Shown in pieces: positions 35,295 through 45,236 of a DNA stretch of 64,000 nucleotides; position 1 is the first letter of the stretch, and each line of letters opens with the position of its first letter. The position numbers and the translations under genes were made by a program. The DNA lies in the IMG/VR virus record IMGVR_UViG_3300020154_000003, positions 248,001 to 312,000 of that record. One strand, given 5' to 3'. Under the pieces are notes generated by a model that did not search any database, was not told the origin of the DNA, and saw only the letters and a list, made by a program, of their open reading frames with translations.

Positions 35295-37919
35295 TTAGAA
35301 TTTAACTGATTTTTTTGTGTTAACGAAATCTTTTGAATTGTAGCCCATTAAATGCTCCATCTTTTTTAAGTTTTCATTGATCACACCTTTGGCTTCGCCT
35401 GTAGACTTTTTAGTTTTAACTACAGTATTCTCAACCAAATAAAAATCAAATTCGTTCACAATATCTGCAAAGTTTTTATTTTCATTAATTTTTTGAGTGT
35501 ACTTATTTCCTAAACCTTCAAGATTTAGTTTGTAACCTTCGTTAACTGATTCAACTTCAGCTACATCATCTACAACAAATTCAACTAATTTGTTCTTACC
35601 GAAATCGTCAGTGTATTTACCAGTAAATGATTCGTTGTTGTAACCTTTTTTGAACTTATTATCTTGTTCAACTGCGTTACCGCTTTCTGTTGGTTGAGTT
35701 TCTTTGTTGTACATAGGCATATCTTCTCTGTATTTCATTTTTTCTTGTCTTAATTTATATTGGTCTTCACCCATATCTTGTTTAAGTCTATCTTCAAATC
35801 TGTCTGAAGGTTTGTTATCATAAACGATGTTGTGCATACCATCACCTCTATTCATAGCTAATGCTAACATTTCGTCTTTAGTTAAGTTTCTCTTAGGAAT
35901 TTCATTACCTTGAGCATTGGCTGAGTCACCAACGTTTTTCAAACCAGCATCTTTAGGTTGAATTTTAGCAAGTGCTGCCTTTTCAATTTCTTCAGCAGTC
36001 AGAGCATCCTTTTGGACTTTATCCAAATCTTGTTCAATATAAAATTCATCAGGATTAGGATACACTTCAGCTTGCTTAAGTGCATCAGACTGTGCCATGT
36101 CTTTCTTAGTTAAAGCAGCAGTTTCTTTATTAATTTTTTCTTTATTCAACATTGACGGTGTTTTTCTTTCTTCGTTCATATTCGTAGATTTTTTTATTGA
36201 TTCGGTTACTGGTTGTGTCCCATCTGCGGGTACACCACTCACATTTAATTCTTCGCTATCCATTGTTTTTGCCATTGAGGTTTCAGGTGTGTTCACCATC
36301 GAATCCGCTCTGTCATCAAGCATACTTGACTCTGCCACATTGTTAGCTGTTGTACTTTTCACTAAATTAAGAATATCTTTTGGATTTCTTCCCTTCAATT
36401 GTGGAAAATCATTAACGAAATTCTTAGCTAATGCTTTAATCTCTTCTTCAGCTTTATTTAAATCAGGGAATAAAAGTTTTCCTAATTCAAGGAACACGTT
36501 ATCATCACCTGACTCTAAAGGAGAATTTTCTGCTACAGGCTGTTGAAACTGTTTTGTATTATCAACGTGTGGTTTGTTATCAGCAAACGTAGGCTGATCT
36601 TCAACCTTTCCGGTGGTTGCTCTATCTGTATAGATTTTAACTAACTCCTGATATTCTGGCATTCCATTCAATTCCTGATTTTCACCAGCCATTCTTTGTA
36701 ACTGTCTTAAGATTTGTTCAGCATGTTGTTTGATGCTGACAGCTTCATTAATAGGTTCATCATTTATCATTTGACCTAACTCATTAAGACCTTCAGCCAG
36801 TCTAACATACTTTTTCAAACCTTCAGGATTGGTTAGATAATCTTGATCCAACGCTTCCTTCAATACACTACTCTTAATGATCGAACCGCCATGCCAAAGT
36901 GGAGTATCAAGTACTTTCTTTCTCTTTCCGGGGAACGGGCCAACGAATGCACCACTACTAGCAGATGTTGTTGTTTCAGTCAATTCACCTTCACCCAATG
37001 CTGGCACACCATCAAATTTCATTTCATCAGATGCAAAGTCAGCCATGCTTCCATCAGTAACTTCAGCAGGAACACCTTTAACACCATTCTTAACTGCCAC
37101 GTACCAAGGCATTTTTTCATATTTCAAACCGTCAGCAAATTTTGCTGCAGTTTCTTGATTTTTTTCTTGAGGGATATTTGGAGAAATAACACCTACAGCG
37201 ACTTTCTTAGATTTATCAACAATATATGTGTCATTCTTACTTGCCTTATGGGTGTTCAACGGTGCTGATGGTTGTCCTAAACCAAACAATTCGTTGATTT
37301 CCTCATCAGCATCCTCAGATGCTTTTTTCATTTGCGCTGCAATATCGTCATCACCTTCTTCTTCATGGTGATCGCCCAATTCTTTCTTCACCTTATCCAA
37401 AGCAGCAGTGTCGCCCTTTATATCTGACATTTTTTTGTCTCTCTGTAAAACTTTAGCATCATCGTCCTTCTTCACATCGTCAACCTTATCTTGAAGTTTT
37501 CTTTCAAGTTCTTCTGAACCTTCCTGACCTCTTCTTTTCTTATTAATCGCTTTTGTATTTTTATATTTTTGCAAGTAGCCAGCATCATTCAACACATACT
37601 CATTGAAAAGAATATTCATGATTGTTTCATTCCAATGGTATCCATAGGTTTCTTCCGCATCCTGCTTAAGATCGTTATAGATATTTGAAAGATATTCATC
37701 AGTGTATACTAATGTTTCCATCTTAGCGAGATTAAAAATCTTCTTTTTTAAAGATTCTTTTTTCTCGTTAACGTTATTATTGTTGTTTTCTGCCATGTTC
37801 TTCATATTTAAACCTACTTTACGCATTTCTTTGGAAAAACCACCATCAATTTTCTTCCCCAAAGTAGATGGGGTTTTCATAGTTGGTTTGAAATTCTTAA
37901 AATTAAAATCGTCAGCCAT
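35295..37919 (-). CDS. large acidic/charged protein, probably virion or head-assembly related
   Basis: 874 aa, E/K/D/N-rich, ETTTSASSGAFVGP motif; function inferred from context only. Confidence 0.75.
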   Translation of the reverse strand: MADDFNFKNFKPTMKTPSTLGKKIDGGFSKEMRKVGLNMKNMAENNNNNVNEKKESLKKKIFNLAKMETLVYTDEYLSNIYNDLKQDAEETYGYHWNETIMNILFNEYVLNDAGYLQKYKNTKAINKKRRGQEGSEELERKLQDKVDDVKKDDDAKVLQRDKKMSDIKGDTAALDKVKKELGDHHEEEGDDDIAAQMKKASEDADEEINELFGLGQPSAPLNTHKASKNDTYIVDKSKKVAVGVISPNIPQEKNQETAAKFADGLKYEKMPWYVAVKNGVKGVPAEVTDGSMADFASDEMKFDGVPALGEGELTETTTSASSGAFVGPFPGKRKKVLDTPLWHGGSIIKSSVLKEALDQDYLTNPEGLKKYVRLAEGLNELGQMINDEPINEAVSIKQHAEQILRQLQRMAGENQELNGMPEYQELVKIYTDRATTGKVEDQPTFADNKPHVDNTKQFQQPVAENSPLESGDDNVFLELGKLLFPDLNKAEEEIKALAKNFVNDFPQLKGRNPKDILNLVKSTTANNVAESSMLDDRADSMVNTPETSMAKTMDSEELNVSGVPADGTQPVTESIKKSTNMNEERKTPSMLNKEKINKETAALTKKDMAQSDALKQAEVYPNPDEFYIEQDLDKVQKDALTAEEIEKAALAKIQPKDAGLKNVGDSANAQGNEIPKRNLTKDEMLALAMNRGDGMHNIVYDNKPSDRFEDRLKQDMGEDQYKLRQEKMKYREDMPMYNKETQPTESGNAVEQDNKFKKGYNNESFTGKYTDDFGKNKLVEFVVDDVAEVESVNEGYKLNLEGLGNKYTQKINENKNFADIVNEFDFYLVENTVVKTKKSTGEAKGVINENLKKMEHLMGYNSKDFVNTKKSVKF

Positions 37920-38131
37920 TATCTACCTATCTCATTTTGCCAAACACCCTTACGTACCCACATGAATTTATACAAATCCGTAAGTGCATCTTTGACCAGT
38001 TTGTTCGTTTCCTTCTTTAAATCACCGTTTTTCATGGATTCTTTAAAGTGCTTTGCAAGTTCATCCTTTAACACAGTTTTGATCTCCTTTCGGATCAAAT
38101 CTTTTACCTCGGATATACTCAAATTAGCCAT
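37919..38131 (-). CDS. hypothetical protein (start moved to ATG 38131)
   Basis: MANLSISEVKDLI...; TATTTATA motif lies upstream of this start. Confidence 0.7.
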   Translation of the reverse strand: MANLSISEVKDLIRKEIKTVLKDELAKHFKESMKNGDLKKETNKLVKDALTDLYKFMWVRKGVWQNEIGR

Positions 38132-38222
38132 ACTGATATTACATTTTTTATAAATACTCAAAAAGTATTAAAAAAAGCCCATCTTTTGAATGGACTTCCC
38201 TTTAATTTATGGCAAACTAATC

Positions 38223-38969
38223 TTATTTAAGTATCAAACCACCCACGAGAACTCCAGCCCCAAATATGACAATTTTGCCACCAGTACTTTTACTTAAATT
38301 ACCTAATTTCATCCAGAATGTCGGTTTAACATTCTCTCTGGTCAATTCTTTGATTGCGTAACTGTTAATATCATAAACCTTATAGTACGGGTTGCTATTG
38401 GTCACAGTGAATGCAATGGGATAACCTTCCTTCTTATCATCCTTCCAATGAAACTCGATAAATTGAGTGTTTGGCAATTCAAACTTTCTGAACTCCAATG
38501 AAGGCAATTTCACTCCGTAAGGTTGTACGTTATTGACTGCAATCTCATATTTGATAGAATCACTATCAGTCGAAAATTGAATTGTACTGTCATTTTCTAC
38601 AATTGGCTTATTATTAATCAAGCCATCGAGTTTCAGACCCATTTCAATTAAGGCAGCACTGATCACTGTATTGTCCTTGCTGATTTGTTCAATTCTGCGC
38701 ACCAATTCTTGCTGGTTTTTAGTCAATACGATTTTATCGTCCTTCAAGTCCTTAATATCCGTTTGAAGAGTAAGCTTTTCGTATACCCATTCCTTTTCCT
38801 TATTCTGGTAAGTCTTAAGGGTATCAGTTAAAGCTACTTGTAGATTTTTATTAAGAAGATGTTTGTTGTTGTGTTTTTCGATTTGCCAGAAGTGATATGC
38901 ACCACCTCCCAAAAGGAGTAGTGTAAGAACAAGTATGATTATTGTCTTACCATCAAGATTTAGTTTCAT
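38223..38969 (-). CDS. membrane-anchored coiled-coil protein (spanin-like candidate)
   Basis: N-terminal TM helix, coiled coil, C-terminal hydrophobic helix. Confidence 0.6.
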   Translation of the reverse strand: MKLNLDGKTIIILVLTLLLLGGGAYHFWQIEKHNNKHLLNKNLQVALTDTLKTYQNKEKEWVYEKLTLQTDIKDLKDDKIVLTKNQQELVRRIEQISKDNTVISAALIEMGLKLDGLINNKPIVENDSTIQFSTDSDSIKYEIAVNNVQPYGVKLPSLEFRKFELPNTQFIEFHWKDDKKEGYPIAFTVTNSNPYYKVYDINSYAIKELTRENVKPTFWMKLGNLSKSTGGKIVIFGAGVLVGGLILK

Positions 38970-39012
38970 TGGTTTTATACTTTTTTATAAATACCAACCA
39001 ACTGAAAATCTG

Positions 39013-39234
39013 TTAGTTTACAACCAATTCAATTATGAGATTTTGTTTATCAATTTTTAGAATGTTTTGGTCTTTGCAACATTCAACGAACCTAGGATGC
39101 TCCATTTTCAGAGCAATTAAAACAGAGTTGAACAATTTTTTATCTGCTTCGTGATTCTTCTTATCTGGATGGCGAACAACAATTTTGCCCTTTGTAAAAA
39201 ATTTCTCAATGTAGTTTGAAACTAGTGACATCAT
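39013..39234 (-). CDS. hypothetical protein
   Basis: 73-aa ORF. Confidence 0.65.
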   Translation of the reverse strand: MMSLVSNYIEKFFTKGKIVVRHPDKKNHEADKKLFNSVLIALKMEHPRFVECCKDQNILKIDKQNLIIELVVN

Positions 39235-39710
39235 TAAAATTCGTTTTGGATTTGTAATTCATTATCTCTCCAGTACTTATAGAAATCATTAAAATAAGCC
39301 TGAACCTTCTTTATAATTTCATCATTATCAGGATTCGTAGGATCGAAACCTTCAAGATACTTTATATCTACTTTTTTGTCCTTTTCATCAGGAGCAACAA
39401 TGTAAGAAAATAACAACTGGCCGTTGATTTTACCAGCCCAAAACACTGCATTATCATATACTTCCAAGGGTTGAAATTCGATATTAACGTTATCATCCTG
39501 AAAGTAATTCAGCATTTTTTCCTGCTCACGATCAATTTCAGCTTGACTCAAAGTTCTAGCACCGTCAGTAGCCTCGTTCAACTTTCTCATAACACCCATC
39601 ATGTCCCTCATAGACATTTCCTGTACTGGTTGTTTTTTATATCCCATTACACGACCATATCTATCTGTGGTTTGTGTTATTTTATCCAGAATGTTATTCT
39701 TCATGATCAT
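39234..39710 (-). CDS. hypothetical protein
   Basis: 158-aa ORF. Confidence 0.75.
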   Translation of the reverse strand: MIMKNNILDKITQTTDRYGRVMGYKKQPVQEMSMRDMMGVMRKLNEATDGARTLSQAEIDREQEKMLNYFQDDNVNIEFQPLEVYDNAVFWAGKINGQLLFSYIVAPDEKDKKVDIKYLEGFDPTNPDNDEIIKKVQAYFNDFYKYWRDNELQIQNEF

Positions 39711-39722
39711 AAATACTTTTCC

Positions 39723-40379
39723 TTATACAAAAATATTTAACTCCTTTAGGAATCTTTTAAAGTCAAAGGATGGATTTAAATCAGTATAATCCGAATTGTA
39801 GTTCGATCTTGTTAGAATACCATTGAAATTAATGGCATTTTCCTGTATTACGTAGCTTCCAAAGCAATCCTGAGTTATACCGTAGTTTCGGCACAAGTAA
39901 ATGCAAAGATTTACACAAGTCTTAAATTGCTCTTCAGTGTACGTTTCCCAATACCTGTTATTTTTCCACAATTTTTCAGAAACAATGCTTTCGTCACATT
40001 CCTCATTTATCCAATTGACATATGTGTTTCTGTCATAGTCGAAGAAGACCATACCCATATTTTCAAGTTGCACAGTAATGGCCTTTTTATCGATCTCCTT
40101 AACACCCATAAATTCGCTGTAGTATTGCGGATCGAAGTGCTGAAACACCCTCCCATCCCTACGAATAGTGAACATTGGCCATTTTTTACTTAGTCCGAAA
40201 TCCTTCTTTCTCAGTCTCAAAATATGATTACTACCAGCCCTCAGGCTACCACCCAATATGATTTGGCTCTTCTTTGTCTTAACCGCATGGAAGTTTTTAG
40301 CCTCGATTTTATGTGTTTTTCGGTCAATTTCGAACATTGCGCTCTTTTCCTCAACCCCGAATGGAATATTACTGTTCAT
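39723..40379 (-). CDS. Amidase_2/T7-lysozyme-fold protein lacking apparent Zn ligands
   Basis: FTIRRDGRVFQHFDPQY, AITVQLENMG, YTEEQ, DLNPSFD scaffold, but no His at the usual ligand positions. Confidence 0.65.
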   Translation of the reverse strand: MNSNIPFGVEEKSAMFEIDRKTHKIEAKNFHAVKTKKSQIILGGSLRAGSNHILRLRKKDFGLSKKWPMFTIRRDGRVFQHFDPQYYSEFMGVKEIDKKAITVQLENMGMVFFDYDRNTYVNWINEECDESIVSEKLWKNNRYWETYTEEQFKTCVNLCIYLCRNYGITQDCFGSYVIQENAINFNGILTRSNYNSDYTDLNPSFDFKRFLKELNIFV

Positions 40380-40402
40380 AGGAATAAATACCCGTTTATT
40401 GT

Positions 40403-40425
40403 AACTTTTAGTGTGATTTTACGTA
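40403..40425 (+). promoter_or_regulatory. ECF-type promoter motif AAC-N16-CGTA
   Basis: ttgtAAC-16 nt-CGTAtaat, 20 nt before ATG 40446. Confidence 0.75.
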
Positions 40426-40445
40426 TAATTCAATAAAAGCAAATT

Positions 40446-41417
40446 ATGAAAATTTTAACCACATTAGCTATTATCTTTACACTTAATTTAGGATTTGCCC
40501 AAACACAGCAAGTTATCCTTGATAGGACTGGTGAGGATATGTTTACCAGTATGAAACACTCGGTTCAACATGACCGTCTGTTTGCAGGTGACAAAAAGGG
40601 TCAAATTTCCGTAATTGATGCTAAACAAGGTCGGTTGATAAATACCGTAAAAGTCGGTAAATCGCAAGGAACCATCCACCTTGACAATATTGGAGCCTTG
40701 GGAGCCTTTTCTGACAATTCTCAGATGATTCGATTTTTCAATCAGAAAACATTGAAAGTAGTGGACAGTGTTCAAATGCCAAAAGTTACTTCATATATAA
40801 TCTACTCAGTGTGGTTTACTGAGCATAGCGTCCTAGTCGGTAATAACGAAAAGAATTACAGGTACGACCTAGTTACTCGCAAGTTGACACCAGCACCGGA
40901 ATTAGACAGTTACCGCATACTGGACTACTCACTCACCGAAGATAAATTGCTGCTTGGATTTTGGGATAAATCAATTCCGGGGGATGGAAATAAAATCAAC
41001 ACTCTTTACATTGCCAAAGGAACGAAGCTGTATGATAAACAACTGATGTATTCATCCTCGGAAGTTATTAATGCTCAAACCGGAGCGTACATGATGGAAC
41101 ATGGTACTAAAATTGTTGTTCTCGACAAGTCTGGCATCAACATAGTACATTTCAATAACAAGTCAGGCATTGCCGTTCCGAATGCTCAAATACGTGCCAT
41201 TGCGAAACTGGATGATATGAACTTGTTCTACTCCGTGCGCACAAAGGATTTAATACATAGTTTGAAATCCTATAATACAAGCTACAAAGAAAATCGTTTA
41301 GACCTCGCTTTGAAGTATGCATCATACAATGATAACATCTTCAAGACGAATTCAGATAAAATCTACGTACTGAATTCGTATGACGGTACAAAAACACGTA
41401 TAATTGTAATTCAATAA
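40446..41417 (+). CDS. secreted beta-propeller-like protein
   Basis: Signal peptide (MKILTTLAIIFTLNLGFAQ) and repeated four-strand units. Confidence 0.7.
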   Translation: MKILTTLAIIFTLNLGFAQTQQVILDRTGEDMFTSMKHSVQHDRLFAGDKKGQISVIDAKQGRLINTVKVGKSQGTIHLDNIGALGAFSDNSQMIRFFNQKTLKVVDSVQMPKVTSYIIYSVWFTEHSVLVGNNEKNYRYDLVTRKLTPAPELDSYRILDYSLTEDKLLLGFWDKSIPGDGNKINTLYIAKGTKLYDKQLMYSSSEVINAQTGAYMMEHGTKIVVLDKSGINIVHFNNKSGIAVPNAQIRAIAKLDDMNLFYSVRTKDLIHSLKSYNTSYKENRLDLALKYASYNDNIFKTNSDKIYVLNSYDGTKTRIIVIQ

Positions 41418-41428
41418 TTCTTAAAGTT

Positions 41429-41929
41429 ATGGTGGAGATTGAAGCTGCGCCCTACATTTATGTGGATGGTAACGAGCAGGTTAAGAAAGAACTTTACAGC
41501 AACTACTTTGACGTTTCACATTTAGGTAACATCAAAGGAGAACGACCGATCATGGGTATTGGATTTTGGGAAACGACCCACGGTTATGCCAGCCGCTTAA
41601 AGGAGTGGGAAGAGCACGAGAAGAACGTTTACTTCGAAGGGTGGACTTGCAAAGACATGCGGCTCTGGCAAGTATTTACGAATAAAGATGGGGTTGGAGT
41701 AGTATTCGAAATTAACTCTTACTACATCACCATTGGAGATAAAGAATACCATTTTCCAGTACTGCCTGAGACTATCGATGATCTGATCAACGATTTTAAG
41801 AGGGTCGGAGTCAAATTGTTCTGGAAAGAATCAATAGTGAATAAGTTCGGTTACGAAAACCTTAATTCCGATAAACGGACGGTGGAATACCATAAAATTA
41901 TGAATGGCATAAGGAAGGAAAATGAATAA
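41429..41929 (+). CDS. hypothetical protein
   Basis: 166-aa ORF. Confidence 0.75.
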   Translation: MVEIEAAPYIYVDGNEQVKKELYSNYFDVSHLGNIKGERPIMGIGFWETTHGYASRLKEWEEHEKNVYFEGWTCKDMRLWQVFTNKDGVGVVFEINSYYITIGDKEYHFPVLPETIDDLINDFKRVGVKLFWKESIVNKFGYENLNSDKRTVEYHKIMNGIRKENE

Positions 41930-42768
41930 TGCAGGTCTTAAAAATAGGTAGTAGAAAATTTGATACGAGCGATAACTGGAAGGTATTTCATCCGAACGGT
42001 AAACACATGTTTACCACAAGTAAAAGAAAAGCTGATTGGTACTTGCGCAAGGCAGGGGCAAAGTTGATCGGTGAGAACGAAATTCAATTAACCAAAACTC
42101 CAAAAGGCGAGGGTTTTCATGAATCAGAAATATTCGGTTTAACTCCTAGAGTAAATCAATGTGTTGTTTGCGGTGAAGAAGATAACTTGCAAAGGCACCA
42201 TGTGGTTCCATATCACTATCGAAAGTTCATGCCATTGGATTACAAGTCACGTAATCACCATGACGTAGTGTTGATCTGCAGGAAGCACCATGAGCAATAC
42301 GAAGAAATCGCTAAGGAGTATAAGGCTCAAATAGCAAAGGTCTATAACGTAAAAACTATAGAACAGCTAAACTATGAGTACATCACAACAGTAATTGACA
42401 GGTTGCGATTGAAGTTTAAAATTAGTAAGTTGCTCACAACAATCATCGATGACTACAATCACATCCCTACGAACAAGATTGAGGTGATCGCCAAAGAATT
42501 AAGCACCCTGTTAAGATTTGATGTATTGAATTCAACGTTCGATCAACTTGAAAAGATTAACAAGAAGTTGCGTAAGCATATTGAAAAAGAGAAAACTGCT
42601 GTGATGCATGTTAACGATTATTATCACGGTAATCTTGTCGTCAAGCAATTCACTAAGCACGAAGACTTCGAAATTTTCGTTAGGGGATGGAGAACACACT
42701 TTGTACAAACGATGAATCCTCAATTCTTGCCTTTGGGATGGTCAATAGATTTTAGATGTAAACGATAA
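41929..42768 (+). CDS. HNH-like Zn-binding nuclease resembling the EXD2 C-terminal domain
   Basis: KRKADWYL, NQCVVCG...HHVVPYHYRKFMP...HDVVLICRKHH, WRTHFVQTMNPQFLPLGWS. Confidence 0.7.
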   Translation: MQVLKIGSRKFDTSDNWKVFHPNGKHMFTTSKRKADWYLRKAGAKLIGENEIQLTKTPKGEGFHESEIFGLTPRVNQCVVCGEEDNLQRHHVVPYHYRKFMPLDYKSRNHHDVVLICRKHHEQYEEIAKEYKAQIAKVYNVKTIEQLNYEYITTVIDRLRLKFKISKLLTTIIDDYNHIPTNKIEVIAKELSTLLRFDVLNSTFDQLEKINKKLRKHIEKEKTAVMHVNDYYHGNLVVKQFTKHEDFEIFVRGWRTHFVQTMNPQFLPLGWSIDFRCKR

Positions 42769-43148
42769 TGCAGCCAATCTACGTCAATGGTAATGGGAAG
42801 CATCAATTCAGACTTAACGTTATGTATGTGACCAACGGTGTAGATTATTTATCTGAATCAAGGAAAAATTATTTAGACAACGTTGGAGCCTTCATCGATG
42901 ATGACCCCTATCGATATGAATGTGCTATATTTTATTTCGAAATAGGAATAAAAAAATGGTTTTCTAATTTTGAATGGAAGCGCATACGAGAACACTATCC
43001 CCTAGGGAAATTAATTAGGGATGATGATGGTGTTGCTACGAGACAGTTATATACTCACCTTATGGAATTTAGGAATCTGGATGGAGCACTAGACTATTGG
43101 GAGAAATTCGTTGTACAAGAGAAAAATTACAAATTTTGGTATTGCTGA
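42768..43148 (+). CDS. hypothetical protein
   Basis: 126-aa ORF, TAATG coupling. Confidence 0.7.
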   Translation: MQPIYVNGNGKHQFRLNVMYVTNGVDYLSESRKNYLDNVGAFIDDDPYRYECAIFYFEIGIKKWFSNFEWKRIREHYPLGKLIRDDDGVATRQLYTHLMEFRNLDGALDYWEKFVVQEKNYKFWYC

Positions 43149-43151
43149 TTG

Positions 43152-43183
43152 ACCAAATCCGGTAAGATTTGGTTATTTTTTTT
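43152..43183 (+). terminator. intrinsic terminator ending a plus-strand island
   Basis: ACCAAATC-CGGTAA-GATTTGGT then TATTTTTTTT. Confidence 0.75.
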
Positions 43184-43904
43184 CATCCCGTTTTGCTCTA
43201 AACATTTCCTTCACCTCATCCAAAGTATATGACTTCATATTGTCTTTATTTTCTTCAAAATCATATTGAATGTCTTCCAGCCGCTTGATTGTGCCATCTC
43301 GCATATCAGGGCTACCATGCCAGCTAATTTCGTGTAGGATCGCATCGATTAAATCGAATAGTCTGATACCATCTAGCTTTGCAACGTGCGTAGGAACGTA
43401 TTTATGTGGTGGTTCCACGGTAGTATCATGAAAAAAGAAATCCACCTTAGTGTTTATCCTCAATTTATGATCTTTTAGGGTTGAAAGTGACGTGAATGCG
43501 ATACCATAAGGTATATTTTCTCCGTCCTCATCCTTTTCCTTAATTAAGTGAAACCCGAAATAGGGGTGGAAATCAAACGGATCATTAATTTCATACTTCC
43601 ACAAGTCTGGTACATGGTAAACTTCCAAATACTCGCTCTGATGATCATCAGCTTCATCGGGAGAAACTTCTTTCAAAAAATCCTGATAGAAGACTTCGAA
43701 ATCAAAGAACCCTAATGAATGAGCAAAGATGTGATTAATAATATCTTTTTGTTGATACAACATGTCAATCAAATGGCCAAAGGTGAAATTATCATCCAAC
43801 TCTACATTCGATGAAAGAAATTTCAATAATTCTGTTGGTGGAAGAGTATCAATCGTATTGTTAGAATTGGTATATTCCAACTTATCATTAAATAATTTTA
43901 TCAT
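43173..43904 (-). CDS. hypothetical protein
   Basis: 243-aa ORF, LFDLIDAILHEISWHGSP block. Confidence 0.8.
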   Translation of the reverse strand: MIKLFNDKLEYTNSNNTIDTLPPTELLKFLSSNVELDDNFTFGHLIDMLYQQKDIINHIFAHSLGFFDFEVFYQDFLKEVSPDEADDHQSEYLEVYHVPDLWKYEINDPFDFHPYFGFHLIKEKDEDGENIPYGIAFTSLSTLKDHKLRINTKVDFFFHDTTVEPPHKYVPTHVAKLDGIRLFDLIDAILHEISWHGSPDMRDGTIKRLEDIQYDFEENKDNMKSYTLDEVKEMFRAKRDEKK

Positions 43905-44422
43905 TTGAATGTTCCTTTTAAACCCATTTCTTTTTGCATATACAACATTACTTCCGCATTTCCCATCGCATCATCAACCGGATGATGAGTGTGTTGGGTT
44001 TTTCGAAGATGTTTCCACTTCGAATAAAGATCACCAGTTAAACCAGCATACATATCCCCTATTCGTCTACCAGAAAATCCGAAAGGATTTTTATCGATAA
44101 AAGTATGAAAATAGTAATTTATCCATTGCCAATCAAAACAGGGGTTGTCTGAAACAAATACTGGATGTCCTTTTGAGTTTTCTTTGATCCATTCAGCGAA
44201 CTGCGCCATAACATCAACTGGTTCATCAAATGTTTTATGTGTCTCGCGACTAAACCCTGATATTTTCAATGCCTCTGGAATCCAAAATTCAGATATTGGT
44301 TTGGTCTGTCCGTAAAATGTCTTACTCAATGTTGGTTCAACTACAACTGCCCCAAAAGAAACCATCGAGTATTTAAAAGGTATTGGCCCATCAGCCTCAA
44401 CGTCTACAACGATAAAACTCAT
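43901..44422 (-). CDS. DEDDh 3'-5' exonuclease
   Basis: VDVEADGP, SDNPCFDWQW, THHPVDDAMGNA. Confidence 0.85.
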   Translation of the reverse strand: MSFIVVDVEADGPIPFKYSMVSFGAVVVEPTLSKTFYGQTKPISEFWIPEALKISGFSRETHKTFDEPVDVMAQFAEWIKENSKGHPVFVSDNPCFDWQWINYYFHTFIDKNPFGFSGRRIGDMYAGLTGDLYSKWKHLRKTQHTHHPVDDAMGNAEVMLYMQKEMGLKGTFK

Positions 44423-44595
44423 ATATAACCTTTCATTTCTCTAAGTTTATAACATACCATCACCTTGCAAGGGTCAATTGTTGTTATCTGTATGAATTCA
44501 ACCATAGCTAAACCTCCAAGCCAACCATTTATCTGTTCTTCAATAGATTGTGGTGTTGTCTTTTTTTCAAAAGTAAAAACTTTTACTTTGTACAT
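44419..44595 (-). CDS. small hypothetical protein (58 aa, not in ORF track)
   Basis: MYKVKVFTFEKKTTPQSIEEQINGWL...; overlaps both neighbours. Confidence 0.55.
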   Translation of the reverse strand: MYKVKVFTFEKKTTPQSIEEQINGWLGGLAMVEFIQITTIDPCKVMVCYKLREMKGYI

Positions 44596-44906
44596 AATAT
44601 TTCTTTACACAAGTTTTTTAAATCATTTTCTCGTTGGGTACGATAGAAGTTCCCCGGTATACCCTTAATTACATTAATAGGATCGAACCTTTTACCTATT
44701 TCACTTTTAATAAGACTATCGGTTGGATTGCTGATAGTTTTATCAAGTTGCATGGCGACAGCTAAAGGGCAAAATTTATGATTCTTCTCATCATAATTAA
44801 CCGTATCGAAGATCAGCATGTCAATATTATCGACTATCCTCTGAAGTTCTTCTTTTGATAGTAATGAAAGTCTTTGTTTCATCACTTTATATCTCTCATC
44901 AACCAT
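44583..44906 (-). CDS. hypothetical protein
   Basis: 107-aa ORF with FCPLAVA. Confidence 0.7.
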   Translation of the reverse strand: MVDERYKVMKQRLSLLSKEELQRIVDNIDMLIFDTVNYDEKNHKFCPLAVAMQLDKTISNPTDSLIKSEIGKRFDPINVIKGIPGNFYRTQRENDLKNLCKEILCTK

Positions 44907-44909
44907 TTG

Positions 44910-45236
44910 TTAATTATCAGAAGAAGGTAAATAATATCTACCACCTTTAATCCATTCTTGATGCCTTGCAATTACCGTATCAAGATAATTTGGATTATGA
45001 ATTCTGATGGCATTACCACGTTTCTTTTCAAACGTATAATCATTTGTATCCCATTGGCGCAAATACCACCACTCATCATCGAATTGGTACTGAACAAAGT
45101 ACCTGTCATAAGTTTCCAAATACTCTAATCTGTATTGTTTACGAAGTTTCTCCCTCTCGATTTCTTCAGGGGATTTAATGAGAATAACCTCCCTCTTTTT
45201 AAAGAGAAAGGATAATAATTTTTTAATCTTTAACAT
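44910..45236 (-). CDS. hypothetical protein
   Basis: 108-aa ORF. Confidence 0.7.
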   Translation of the reverse strand: MLKIKKLLSFLFKKREVILIKSPEEIEREKLRKQYRLEYLETYDRYFVQYQFDDEWWYLRQWDTNDYTFEKKRGNAIRIHNPNYLDTVIARHQEWIKGGRYYLPSSDN

